Source: Neolecta irregularis DAH-3 (Eukaryota). Taken from it: 64,000 nt of DNA. The position numbers were made by a program, and so were the translations under genes. The notes below the pieces were generated by a model. That model did no database searches. It saw only the letters and a list, made by a program, of their open reading frames with translations, and was not told the DNA's origin. Below, in pieces: positions 15,964 through 29,008 of the stretch (the first letter of the stretch is position 1; each line of letters opens with the position of its first letter). The stretch lies in assembly GCA_001929475.1 (NCBI GenBank), contig LXFE01000126.1:1-64000 (forward strand), given 5' to 3'.

Positions 15964-17889
15964 ATGTCTGTCTACTTTGCTCATCATGCTCGTTCAAAAG
16001 CTACAGAACGTCTTGGAGAGCTCGAGATCCTTGAACCTTACACGACCATCGAAGAGCAACGCATAGAAGAAGGACGATGCGCTACTTTGACTCAAGTGGC
16101 AAAGGATTTCGAGAAAGGTCAGCCCATTGATACTTTACTGGTATTTGACCATCAAAAGCCTGGTCGATAAAGACCAATGGAGCTTTGACAGTCGGGAGAG
16201 TCCATACTTGGTAGGCATACACCCCATTGATCATACCTGACAGAAAGTGATATTACTATCAACCACCAGTTCGTTAGTAACTATCACTTCCGCATTTACA
16301 CTGTCTTCATATCTCACGAACTGGATCTTCTAGGTAGAACCCGTCATCTTAGCTGTTTAGGCTCATCGTCAAAGTCTACTGTGAAGACCAAAGTTCCAAT
16401 GGCACTTTTGTGAATAAGGTGTTGATTGGAAAAGGTCGAAGCTTGCTCCTGAATGACGGTGACAAAATTGAGATTCGGCATGCTTCAACCTTCATCTTCA
16501 ATCAGACACTTCGTAAGCAGAAAAACGTCAAAGACATACTCGGTGAAGATAAGCAGGTAGTACCCAACCCCTTTATCTGTCATCAATTTTCAGTTTATCG
16601 ACCAACATTATAACATGACATCTCGTCTACTAGGCTCCGGTGGATTTGGAAAAGTACCTAGATTTCTTATTGAAGACCTGCTCAGTTTTCAAGTTGTACA
16701 TGGCTACGTCTTGTTCGACAGGTGCGCAGGTTGCTTGCAAGATCATGAAGCGAGAGAAGATGATCGAAAAGGGAGCTCAGTATGCTCAAGAAGTGGACAT
16801 CCTGAAGAAACTCAGTCATGTATACGCCCATCTTTTCTCGTCTACTTATACTTAGGCAAATGTCATTGCTGTACGCACTTGCTTCCTCACTACATCAAAA
16901 GTGTATAAATCTTCTTGAAAAAGGCTAATATAAAGTTATCTCTTCGAAGACCTGTCAGTTCCATATTCACCTCATCTCTGCCTTTCAACTGATATCATTG
17001 CAGGATACCAGGGGGTGATCTTCTCAGCTTCTTCAATCGTCATAACTGCTATATTCCCGAAGTGGATACTATCTTCATCGTCTTCCAAGTCCTTCAAGCT
17101 CTTGCGTATCTGCACAGCCATCATGTAGCCCATCGAGATTTGAAGGTACTCAAATTCAGTCCTTTTATTCTTTCCTAATTACTAGCTCGAGAATATTATG
17201 CTCCTATCGGATAGCCCACCTGCCATTGTTCTGACTGACTTTGGAGGGGCCCGAAAGTTTGATTCGCTTGGGCGAATGAATACTGTTATCGGAACAATGG
17301 GCTATACTGCACCTGAAGTTTTTAGCAATCGGGTTGGAGGGAACGGATATGGAGAGGAAGTTGATATGTGGAGCCTAGGGGTTGTCATTCACATTTTGTT
17401 GTCTGGTATTGATATTTCTCCATCAGAAAGATATTTTTAATCAAATAGGTATTCATCCGTTTGGCGACAGTTGCGACGTTGAATCCCCTGCTGTAGTGAT
17501 GGAGCGAGTCTCGAAAGGTCTACTTGATCTCTCTGCGTCTTGCTGGAAAGATATTACGAACGAAGGTGTGATTGGGTGTTTCGCCGGTTCTAGACTGTTT
17601 AGGCAAAGACTACGTCTCTTGTCTAATTCGAATTGATCCAAGAGACAGACTGTCAGCTCAGGAGTCTTTTCAACACCCCTGGCTAGGTAGATACCTGACC
17701 AATCTCCTTGACTTGTATGAAAAATGGGTCTTAAAAGGTCAAAATGGCCCTATTTTCGGCGTTACTGAAGAAGCCTTGTATTCTGACTGCTTTCAGCCTG
17801 TGAAGAGCTTGTCAAGCAGAATTTCTCGCGCTCGGCAAGGACCTAATCAAAACCGAAAGAGGGTGTTGATAACCGCAGAAAGGAATTGA
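15964..17889 (+). CDS. MEK1: FHA-domain Ser/Thr kinase, Mek1-like (meiotic checkpoint)
   Basis: FHA segment (CEDQSSNGTFVNKVLIGKGRSLLLNDGDKIEI) followed by kinase motifs LGSGGFG, VACKI, HRDLK, DFG, GTMGYTAPE and DMWSLG. Assignment to Mek1 rather than another Chk2-family kinase is by recalled similarity. Confidence 0.75.
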
Positions 17890-17982
17890 TATTTCAAGAA
17901 TAGAAGCTACTAACTGAGGAAAACCCCTGTGACGTATTTATCTTTTGTTAAATCAATTCACCAACTCCCCATAACAGACAAA

Positions 17983-19771
17983 TCACAATTTAGCTTTTGG
18001 CTTCGACTTGGGAACGAGGAGGCCGTCGTATTCCTGAGACGATAAAACATCTGTAGGAGTCGGGACTTGGGAGGTCAGTTATTCTCAGGACATGAAGCTA
18101 CCACTGTGGGTCCCAATGGACTTCAGGTCCAAAATAGTGGGATTCAAGTCAGAGATCTTCGTCGCTCCGATCAATCGCATGTTCATTTCCAATTCTTGTT
18201 TTAAAACTAGCGTTAAGAATCGCTTGAAACCAAGAACATACGTAACATTGCCCTTTCAACACCTTCTACACCATACGCGGACATAGCGTACAAAAATGGA
18301 CGTCCAATCCCAACTCCTTTGGCACCGAGCGCGATTGCTTTAATAATGTCAGTCGCCCTTCGGATGCCTCCATCGCAAAACACTTCCAGACGATCTTGCC
18401 AATTTCGTTCTCTTAACGCAGCCATGACTTCAACTAAAATTTCGATACCACTTCTTGCGTAATCAAGCTGCCTTCCACCATGATTTGATACTACAATACC
18501 TTGAACACCGTATTCAACAGCCTTGATTGCATCTTCCGCGCATTGCACTCCTTTAAGAACAATTGGCATCTTAGTGATAGTCTGAAACCAAGGAATATCT
18601 TGCCATGATAAACTAGGATCGATGAATGACGAGATAGCTCTGGCTACGCCTTGAGTGCGATCGACGTCATTGTCTGATCGTTGTTCATGGGCGCCTATAT
18701 CTCCGAATTTTGATCGCATATCCTTCTCGCGACGACCTAGTTGAGGGGCATCAACAGTAATGAAGAGACCTTTAATGCCCTGGCCCTCTGCAGTTTGTAC
18801 GATCCTTTTCGTGAGGCTTCTGTCTTTGTTCACGTAGAGCTGCAGCCATCTAATCTTCAGATATTGCAAGCGAGGCATGGAACATTACTGTGTCTGCCCT
18901 TCAACTGCTGCATCTCGAATCTGCTCAAATGAACAGCTGGCCAAAGTAGGAATCTGTGAATGAGTTTCGATCTTCGACATACCAAACAAACCATCTGTAT
19001 GATATCATGGGTGTGTGCAGCTTTAGTTAACACAGTTTCTCCTTCAGGATGCCCCAATTTTCCCAATGCAGTTGCTGTAACATAAAATGGAGCCGAACAT
19101 CTCGTTCCGAGCATTATTGTGCTATAGTCAACTTTATCCACGTCTACGAGAATCCTCGGCTTGAACCATATTTTTGCAAAAGCAGAATGGTTCTCTCGCA
19201 TTGTAATCTCGTCATCTGCCCCGGATGAATAATAGGCCCAGGCCGTCTTCTTCATTACATGCCGAGCGACGAATTCAAAATCGAATAGATTGAAACATTC
19301 CACAAGAAGAGGTTTGTTTTTTATACGCTCGAGACGTTCTTTTTCATCTGGATCGGCTTCCTCCTTTGAAATCTCAATGGTACTCATGTCGGCTTCGCCA
19401 AGATGCTTATCAGGCGGCAAGTTTTCACTGATGATTCCCTGCCTTTTGAGCGTTCAGTAGGTAACAATAAACACTAACAGGGGGATGAATTGGTTCATAT
19501 GCCTCAGTTGCATCCTATTAAATCAGTGAACATATAAAAAGAGCAGCCTGCCTTTCCGGCATATTTCAGGATGATTGCAGCTCCGCCTATTAGTAAGATT
19601 GTGCTTCTATGAAGATCTCGCACCTGGGTGTTCAGGAAGAAATTCTGTGACATCGTATACCTTTCCTGCAATAATCACCCAGCTGTACTGTCAGTTGCTC
19701 ATCCTCTCTGGTTCAAACCAATCATCCCGCTTATTATGATTTGCAATTTCTTGTTCGGCAAGTTTTGGCAT
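17983..19771 (-). CDS. Flavocytochrome b2-like L-2-hydroxyacid dehydrogenase (cytochrome b5 + FMN domains), C-terminal PTS1
   Basis: The b5 domain (WVIIAGKVYDVTEFLPEHP) begins right after MPKLAEQEIANHN. FMN-domain motifs WAYYSSGADDE, WLQLYV, TVDAPQLGRRE, SNHGGRQLD and DGGIRR. Ends ...PKSKPKAKL*. Confidence 0.92.
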
Positions 19772-19931
19772 TACTTCGAGCCAGAATTTTATTCAGAAGG
19801 TGGCGAGTCTCCTGATATTTTTGATATTGTAAATACAAGAATTTTCGGTCGACGAAATCGGAGGTAGTCAGCCTCTGACATATTATTTGTGAAAGCCACG
19901 GTTCAAATGAACTCTCCACCTTGAGAACTCA

Positions 19932-20744
19932 ATGGCAAACTCAACTTTCGAAGAGTTCAAACGCCCGGCGGAAATTCTAGCAAATGATGCAAAACAAACT
20001 ATTGAACTTGTGCAGCATAACGCTAAACTAATGTCTGACAATTTGTCCGAGAAGAGTCACCAGTAGGACATTTTCATCCCAATTCGAATTATTAACTCTT
20101 AACCAGGGTAACCTCGGCGATATCAGATCTCATCAACCAAGTTTATGGTACCTATAAAAGTCTTTGGAAAGACTATCCGCTTCTCGTTGTATGTCTTGTC
20201 GAACCCAACAAGTCTAATGGCCGAGGCATTCGCAACATTTCAACTCGCTTTTGCCGCGATTCCTATTGCCATATTTGGAGCATTCTGCTCTGTCTTGTTC
20301 ATGGAAACTGCCTTCATCGCCTCTGCAGTCGTCGCGTTTTGGGTGATAATTGCTGGTACATAAATCCTCGTATATCTGAAAATGACCTTCAGGATGGATA
20401 ATGTTTGGGACACTTGTCGTAACTTTCTTCCTTGCGTCGATTGCATACATATGGTGTCTTGGAGCGTATCTCGCATACAACTTGTTTCAAAAAACCGCAA
20501 AGAATGATGACGTTATGACAGATGCCCGGCCGCTGTTATACGGAAAACAGTTGACTAACACCATCCATAATTACACCCCTATCAGCCCCAAAGACAGCAT
20601 CCAAGACAGTGGATTTGGTATGATAGTTCTGTGTAGAACTGTTAACATTGGCTAGATGACCGATCCATAAGAACCGAACAAACTCCCAAATGTGAAGACG
20701 TAGAGGATCATGAAGCAAAGCCGTTGTTTGACAATGGACTTTAA
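19932..20744 (+). CDS. Promethin/LDAF1-like lipid-droplet membrane protein
   Basis: Multi-exon ORF with a long hydrophobic hairpin (FQLAFAAIPIAIFGAFCSVLF...FGTLVVTFFLASIAYIW) flanked by polar ends. Family call is from architecture only. Confidence 0.6.
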
Positions 20745-21389
20745 CCAAAAGCTGTTCAATAGCTACTGCCGATCAGTATCACTAGATTGTAAGTCGGGAT
20801 TCTTTCTTAGTAAATTTCATCGTGAACATATCGATGCATTTTATCATTCGGCTATTCTATGAAACCTGCTTGATATTCTCATCTGTATCCAAATTCCATT
20901 TCCAAACATATCTGTGTTTAGGGAAAATTTGAATGCAGCACTTTAATGTGTGGATTGTCTATTTCGCAATTAGTTCAAATTAGCGACATCCCTTATTGGG
21001 CAAGTTTCATATCTACTGTTATCAAACGGCAGACAATCGTAACATCTAGATAAGAGACTTCACTATCTCTAACAGGAATAATGTGTCTCGGGTGGTTCAA
21101 AATAGCTAGACTGCTAATTTCATGACATCGAATCTAGTTATCCCAAATATTCCCAAGTCCACGTTAACCTGTTTAAGACGTGTTTTCATGATCTGTAGGC
21201 TTCTGTTCATTGACTCTTACCTTAGATCTAGACCCAATGAGGTGCTCAATGTATTATCTCGTAGTTTCACAAGATTCCCCCAAACTACATCCTTAACTAA
21301 CCGTCACTTTGCTAGCAAAATAGCTACAACAATCTTTCAACTCCTATTGATGCCTAGAATATTTGGACAGGTAGACACAGATGACTGGA

Positions 21390-24300
21390 CTACTCATTTT
21401 CACCAAAAAGATCATCGTCTCCCCCGACTTCTGTATCTGACTGTTCTGCAGAAGGCTGGACCTCTGAAGGCTCAACATCTGCCATGTCGTCATCGCTATC
21501 GTCGATTCTAGCTTTCGATAATTGCTTCTTGGAGACCATTTTCCGTTTCTTGGAGGGAATTTCTTCGTCTCCATCACTAACATCTCCTGTCACGTCTGTT
21601 CGATCGATAGAGGATGCGTCTTTCTTGGACCTCTTCTTCCGTTTTGGTTTTTTCTCGGTATCAGATCCAGAATGCTGTTCGTCTTCCTCCTGTTTCCGTC
21701 TCTCAGCGATGGCCTTGAGTTGTTCTTGCATCTCTCTTCGTTCTTCCGCAATCACACGATTTCGCTCCTCTTGTTCTTGACGCAAAGCGACTTCTTTTTC
21801 TTCTCGTTTTCGTTGTTCGGCTTCTCGTTTTCTAGTAGCTTCGTCTCGCCGGGCTAAGGATGCGGTTTCATATTCCTGCTGTTCGATGATGGCACGTTCT
21901 AATCTACCTTTGAGGGTGTTCTTACACATGTTCATGCGCTGTTGAATGACTTGTGTGGGATGAGGTGGATGTGAAGACTTTAGTAACTCGCCAAATATTT
22001 CGATAGCGGTGTCAAGGTCTACCAATGCAGCTTCGAGACTTTCAACAGGTCGATCAGGCCCAGCCGGTTTCCGGAGCAATGTTTGAGCATATTCATTGTG
22101 GAGATATGCAAGATTATAACGATGATATGCATTGTCTGGCGATAATCCAAGTAACTAGAATAAGTGAGATGACTCAAAATGAGCTGGTCAATATACCATC
22201 TTATTGTATTTCAGGGCCATTTTGAAAGCCTCAGAAGAATTCTGCGTTTTACCCATATGAGCCCAGACATGACCCTGGCAAGCCCATACTTCCTTCTGCT
22301 TATCACCTGAAGACAACTTTGCAGCATTGGTGAACTAGAATTATTAGGACCAACATTTTCTGATATGACGTACACTTTCGATAGCTCGACTATATTCTTT
22401 AGTCTCTGCAAGACAATGTCCTAGATTCAGATGCACCGATGGATCATTGACAGTCTCGCGCACCTTCATCAAAATTTGAATAGCCTTGTCGAACTTCTTC
22501 TCCTCTGCCAAGGCGATAGCAACCCCTTGAGCAGCATACGCATTTTTATTATCCAATTGTAGAGCTTTTTCGAAAAATTCCACCGCACGTTCGTATAGTT
22601 TTTTACGTTTCTCTTTCTCAGGTTCACTAGTAATTCGCATTTCTTTCGCCTGTCGAAGATGAACGTTGCCCATCGCTGTAAGGGAGTAGATGTCATGTCG
22701 ATCAAAGTGTCTCAGAGTATGTGTATAATGTTTTGTTTCGAATTCTTCGGCTCTCTTGCCTTTGCTCAAGCACCAGCCATGTAATGCGCGAACGTCAAGA
22801 TTATCAGGATCTCCTTCGTATATCTGTTTCACTGTCCGAGCAATAACTTCAAGTGGCTCTTTGTGCATGTCCAGCATGCATAACCGGACACGAGCTGAGA
22901 GTCAGTAGAAATTCGACCAAGGAAAGAGAATACCCTCGACATAATCAGGATGACGACTCAGAATGTTTGTAAATGCAGAACGAGCAGCGTCCAGATTTCC
23001 AGACTGTTCTTCGAGACGACCAAGATTGTACGTTAATGTTGTGATGAGGGCATCAAGATCCTTCGACGCGTCTTGATTTTTCAAAGTAACACACAATGTA
23101 AGTCCGTCCTGATAGAAAACGCGAGCGTGATCATACCGTCCTTTTTCATAATTGAGGACGCCCATGTTGTTCAGAATTTCAGGTGTGACAGGTGTATCAT
23201 TATCTTGGTACAGCTTGGAGACCTGCTCTAGTGCTATAAATGTCAGTGAAGACTAACGGCCAAAGGAATTACCATTTAAGCTAGAGTCTAGATTTTCATC
23301 TTCCAACAACCGAGATCTGGCAAGAAAGATATTAAGATGGTCCTCAAATGGTTGATTCGGAAGATCATCGAAAAATTTAGCGGCTCGATCATATGAATTC
23401 CTCGCCCTGATTCTATCGTGTTTCTTATCAGATTTGAATGTCGGGTCACGCGAATTACGATCATAAATCGCGCCCAAGATCGTATGTACCTCCATACACC
23501 TGGGACTATTCTGAGCCAATTTTTCAAATGTTAAAGTAGCACTTGGCCAGTCGCCTCCACATGGTTAGATATACGTCGATATCTAGAGGACATACGTGTG
23601 ATGAGCTGCATTTGACCAATACCAATACTAGCAAGAAGTGAATCTGGATTAAGCTCCTTAGCTCTTCGATAGTAATTTATTGCTTGTTGCATATTTCCCT
23701 ATTGCTAAGTATAGACAAATAGTTATGCATACGGTGTGGTGATGGCATCTGGCCATCCAGTAGAACGCTTCACTGGTTATTGATGCTAGGGAAGAGTACG
23801 ACATGACTTGTTCCGCCAGCTTGAAGACCTAGTCGGATCAGCCAGTCCATGGCGATGATCATTTGAACCTTTGCTGTTTCCTTTTTCATGAATAGGTAAC
23901 CAGCAAGAACAACGCCTGCCATTGGAATAGTTGTGTTCCTTTTTCGAGCTTGACTGACAAATTGCATGGCTTTTTGGTATGTTTGAATGAACAGAGTGGT
24001 ATCATTAACACTTCGATAAGATTTCTCCAGGTAGTATATCCCAAGCAACATGAGCGAAGTAGGACATTCTGGATTCTAAACTTTCAGGTGACGGAATTCC
24101 GAGTATTTCTACCAATTCAAGACTTCTTTCCCAAGCGGCTCTTGCATCTTCCCTCCATTTCAACTGCCAGAAACACATACCGATTCCAATGCGCGGATCT
24201 GGTTGAAAGTCAGGCTGGGATTGCATGACTCGTTGGTAGATTCTTAATGCAGCCTTGTAATTCGATTTTGCGTAGAGTATTCGAGCTTTCCCCATAAGTG

Positions 24301-25040
24301 CTATGAGATTCCCGTCCTTATGTTTAAGAACATCTTCAAACAGCTTCGCCGCTTGGTCCAAGGAAAGCTTGTCATTATCGGCTTTTCCGCTTCCAATTTT
24401 TCCAAGTGCAAGAATAGCTTGCTCCATCTGGTTCAGACCCCAATCACGATCTATTCTTATTGCCGAAGAGTGATGGTCTTGAGCGAGTCGGATAAAAACG
24501 TCCTTTGTCTTAGCTTCCGCAACAAGTTCATCCTCTAGTAAAATCGGCAAAAATACGTCATGGAGATATACTATGCGCCGTCCGTGGTGCGCTGCGGGAC
24601 TTTTGAATATACAACGAAGCAAGCATAGCATGAAGGGTTAGTTTATTGGACTGATCAGAGGCGACTGCTCGAGCTAGACCATCAGAAATTATATATATAT
24701 ATATTAATTCTTACCTTCCAATCCTTTAAGCAGCAACTCAATGGCCTGATCGACCATTCCTTGCCGATTATATTCAAACTTTGTCTATTAGCAACGTACT
24801 GGATCCCAAAAGCACCGCTAATCTCGTCCAGAATGCCTTTTCGGCCTCTTCTGCTTCCAGTGCTTCTGAGAGTTCTGTACAATCTTCAGGAAGAGCTGCG
24901 CAATCGATTTCGAGAAATTGATCCGTGGTTCCCTTTAACGGAACTTCGATGATGCGCGGTTGTTTTGGATTTGCGTTGATAAATACATCCATCTCCCTCG
25001 CCGGTTCTATTTTATCGTCATTCGTATTTAAATCGTTCAT
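21390..25040 (-). CDS. CTR9: PAF1 complex TPR subunit Ctr9
   Basis: Many TPRs. Motifs PDPRIGIGMCFWQL, HDIYSLTAMGN and ALQLDNKNAYAAQGVAIALAE. Charged C-terminus ending DDDLFGENE. Confidence 0.93.
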
Positions 25041-25211
25041 CGCTCAGGAAAGGAAAGGAGCTGAAAGTAGATGGTCTATCGGAGATAAAATTTGAATGTT
25101 CTTGCCCCAAGATCACTCTATTTGTCTTGATATCAGTCAGCGACGTCCATATTTGCATTGATATTTGAACAAAGTGCTCGTTTGTGCTATATGAGGAGTT
25201 CAGGGATAGTT

Positions 25212-25606
25212 TACAAGGATATATGTGTATATACAACAATACTATAATTCATAACCCTTGCCGCTCGGGAGACTGCAGTTGAATTATAATATATCGCGAT
25301 ACCTTGGACAAAGGCAACTACGTATATGTAGTATATACGCCTTGTTCTGTTTTTACGTCAGTGGGTCCTGTCAAGTGGGGTGATTATTGGTGGCTCCGGA
25401 TGTTAGATCTGGACATATATGTTGGGACTTAATTAACTTGGGTTAGAAAATATTATTTGTACCCCCAAGATTCAGTAATTTACAATACGGCAAGGTGGCT
25501 TGACGGGAAGTATATAAACGCGGAAGTTGTCCCTTTGTAAGAAGTACGAATACTTAGGCTAGTTATAACACTTGGTCGTATCGTACTTCTAAGCGCATAG
25601 CTTACA
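25212..25606 (-). mobile_element. Family A solo LTR (reverse orientation), interrupted by a probable second LTR-like insert at 25243-25484
   Basis: 25485-25606 is the reverse complement of much of 49540-49750 (TGTAA...AGAAGTACGAT...GACCAAGTGTTATAACTAGCCTAAGTATT...TATATACTTCCCGTCAAG.CACCTTGCCGTAT). A remnant of the other end (AAGGATATA...CAATAC) lies at about 25212-25242. The insert is flanked by ATAC/ATAC. Confidence 0.65.
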
Positions 25607-25611
25607 TCCTG

Positions 25612-25934
25612 TGTCAGCACACAACCTCGGGTGGGTGCTGGTATGGACTTAGGTTGAGTATTTTGCCGCAGGTACCCCAAGTAAAGTAACTATGTGATAT
25701 CGGGTTCAAGTTTAGTAAGCTAGTCCGACTAGACACTTCTTATATACAGACTCGTCACATGTGCTTTCTACTGTCTTCTGCCTGTTCGCCTCCCTATTGA
25801 CTTGCCGGGTGGCGAGCAGAATGGAATGGACTGCAGTCCTTGCTGCTCCCTGTGCCCCTCCCGACGATTGGGCAGTGGCGGTGGCGAGCTGTTGGGACTT
25901 GCTACAGTGGGGTAGATCGAATCCCCTCCCCACA
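25612..25934. mobile_element. Solo LTR, family B
   Basis: TGTCAGCAC...CCCACA ends. Highly similar to 54446-54716, e.g. GCCGCAGGTACCCCAAGTAAAGTAACTA, CTAGACACTTCTTATATACAGACTCG and GTTCGCCTCCCTATTGACTTGCCGGGTGGCGA. No matching TSD. Confidence 0.8.
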
Positions 25935-25960
25935 CAATCGCAATACTTTCCATATCTACA

Positions 25961-28209
25961 ATGCCAGGATTGCGTATTCTCCTTTGTATCTAGCAGACTA
26001 ACCATCGTATTAGCATCTTCATTCTTACTAGCTGCTGCTGCGGTACCAGTAGTATCTTCAATGTATTTCGATGCAAAATACGATGTGGTTCACGATCTGA
26101 AACTGATCAAATGTTTTGTTTACGGGCATTTAAAGTGCATTTTCTCCTAAACCCGGGATATCTGATGATCAGTTCAAGAAGATGTGCGGAGAAGGATGAG
26201 GCCAACATAATGTTCCAATTTGACGAACAAGTCCAGAAGCAACCAGATACAGTCTTTCTTGTATACCGCGGGCGAGAATGGACAAGGAAACAAACAGCAG
26301 AGACAGTAAATCAATGGAGCAACTGGCTCCTCTTGATAGGAATAGGTCCTAAAGGTGGGTAACCATCTTTTCTGTCGAACTAATGGATCGGACATCGTCG
26401 CCATTGACTTTACAAATAAACCGACCATGGTATTTGCTTTAATGGGAGTCATCGCAATTGGAGCATGGCCTGCCTTTCTAAATTACAACCTTACGGGGAA
26501 ATCCCTTGTTCACTGTGTCAAGATCAGCAATGCTAAAATTATTTTGGTCGACGAAGAAGTCGCTTCAGCGATTAATTCAGTTAGATCTGAAATAACAACC
26601 GATATATATATCTACAATACTTCTCGTCTCAATGATCAGATAATCGGCGGATGTTCCACCCTTCAACCTGATACAATACTGCGTCGTGGTGTTGAGCCTT
26701 CAGATACGATGTTGTTGATATATACGAGTGGAACTACGGGACTGCCAAAGGTACGGACTTTGATAGTGCACGGTATTGACATAGGCTGCAATTATGCCCT
26801 ACTCGACAATTCTGACGGCTTCAAAGGTCATCTCTTTGTGGACTGATTTGAAACCACCTGACAGAGTCTATACAGTACCAAACATTCCTGGAGTCATTGG
26901 CCGATAAATCTAGTGTATGCCTTTATACCATGCTTCTGGTCTTGTATGTTTCAAACTCGATGTGGTATTTATGGGTTAGATTATGGGACTCTTTTCCTCT
27001 TTGGTAGCGGGAACAGCGTTCGTTTTAGGGTTAAGATCAAGATATATTTGAAACTCGCCGACACCTAGACATAGATTTTCAACCTCATCATTCTGGGAAG
27101 AAATACGCTCTTCTAATGCAACAATAGTTCAATATGGTACGAAATCTTCTCAATTTCACTCATGGTATCTAGTTGGAGAAACGTGCCGTTATCTACTTGC
27201 TGCACCACAATCTCATTTGGATAAATGTCACAACATCCGCGCTGGTGGTTCCCTCATGGAATAAATTTGATATTTTCTCTAGCATTGGGTAATGGTTTGA
27301 GACCAGATGTCTGGGAAAAGTTTCGTCAACGTTTCGGGATACAATCGATCTTGGAATTTTATGCCACCACAGAAGGAATCGGTGGATATTTCAACTATAA
27401 TACAGGCCCCCGTGGCGTTGGTGCGGTAGCTCACTTTGGAAAGCTCGCAAGTATATTAGGAAAGAGTAGACGGGCAATCGTTCGTCTAGATTTCCAGACG
27501 GGACAGCTTGTCCGAGGGTTGGATGGATTCTGTGTCAAGGTATTAGGCTTTCCGGTTCCTCGGTCTGAGAAAAGGTCGGAACAAATGAAACTGGGGAACT
27601 TTTAGTCAGAGTTGTCGTTAGAGCCTACTACTTTAAGAATAAGGAAGCTTCAGAAAAGAAAATTGCCAGGGATGTATTTGTCAAAGGAGACATATATATT
27701 CGCAGCGGGGATGCCCTCAGAGTTGATGAAGATGGATTCTACTACTTTGATGACCGCATCGGCGACACGTTTCGATGGAAAGGCGAAAACGTTTCAACAG
27801 CCGTATAAAATCTCTTATTTATAATGTTTGACGACTACAGCAAGTTTCTGCATTATTAGGAACATTCCCTGGTATTCTCGAAGCCAACGTTTATGGAATT
27901 AGTCTTCCAAATCATGATGGTAGAGCCGGTTGCGCGGCAATAATCACATCAGAAGACATTGATCTTTCCCTTCTCTCAGACTACGTCAAAAATCATCTTC
28001 CTTTGTTTGCGATTCCCGTGTTCCTGCGTTTCGTGAAAGAAATGAGGATTACGGGAAATAACAAACAACTTAAAGAGAGTTTACGCCAAGAAGGGGCAGA
28101 TCCGGCCCATACCGGCGGTGATCGAATGTCTTGGTTTTACAATAGCCAATACGTGGAGTTTAACAGCAGCGATTGGCAAAGATTGAAAAATGATAAGGCA
28201 AGATTGTAA
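25961..28209 (+). CDS. FAT1: Very-long-chain acyl-CoA synthetase / fatty-acid transport protein (FATP), predicted peroxisomal
   Basis: Motifs [35 protein letters not shown] and [18 protein letters not shown]. Ends ...KNDKARL* (PTS1). Confidence 0.9.
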
Positions 28210-29008
28210 TGTTGCGCTCTCTGTTCTGTATATTTCTCACTATATAAAATGATGTGAGATTTGATCTGCATAAAATATAACAACGCTGTAGATCGACGCC
28301 TACTTGTAGGTGATTCTCAAAGATCTCCATCGATAGCGGGTCAATCTGTCCGTGATTCTATCACGACGAGATAGAAACATAAGAGCGAGAGAGTCGAGAA
28401 TTAACTCCAACGATACTCACGGCGTTGTCAGGCTCCCAATTATTACGTTTTTTAGATTCACTGAATTGTTTTATAGAGTAGATTCCGACTGTAAAAGCGA
28501 TAAGACTTGATCCATTGGTGACATTGGGGTTAGGGTTAAGACAAAGGCTGCATTTGCTCTTCCCGTAGTAATTTGTTAGAGAAATTTCTCAATTTTCAAT
28601 GCGATAGATATTTCCTACATCCAAGGGCGTACGAAAATTGGAGAATACCTCGATGATCAATCAAGAGTTTCAACAAGATCTCTATTACCCCATATATTTC
28701 CATTCAGTCCGGTATTGCCATAGTTTAATCGTGGTTATATGATGCCCAACCAATTGGTTTGCGCAAAGATCATAAGAAACAGGACGAGTTACATCCCTGA
28801 TAAAGCACATAACTCGATTTAGAATTATCTGTTCTTGATGGTAACTATTCCAAAATAACTCCAATTCTCTGCATTTTCTGCACGAGCACCAGCAATAGCA
28901 CAATTCTCCTCTCCAGCCTTCCAAGCAATAATTAAGATATAGCGGCAAGCACAAACCAGAAATAATAGCAAAAGAAAACAAACCGAGAAAGAATGATTAA
29001 AGAACGAA

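Noticed and set aside
20800..21389. Gap between the promethin-like gene and CTR9, with a 129-aa ORF (21122-21511) running antisense into CTR9
   Set aside because: No coding features, and no tRNA or snoRNA structure that I could support.
25712..26150. ORFs on both strands spanning the family B LTR (similarly 54532-54803)
   Set aside because: They lie in repeat sequence; their mutual peptide similarity only reflects the LTR.
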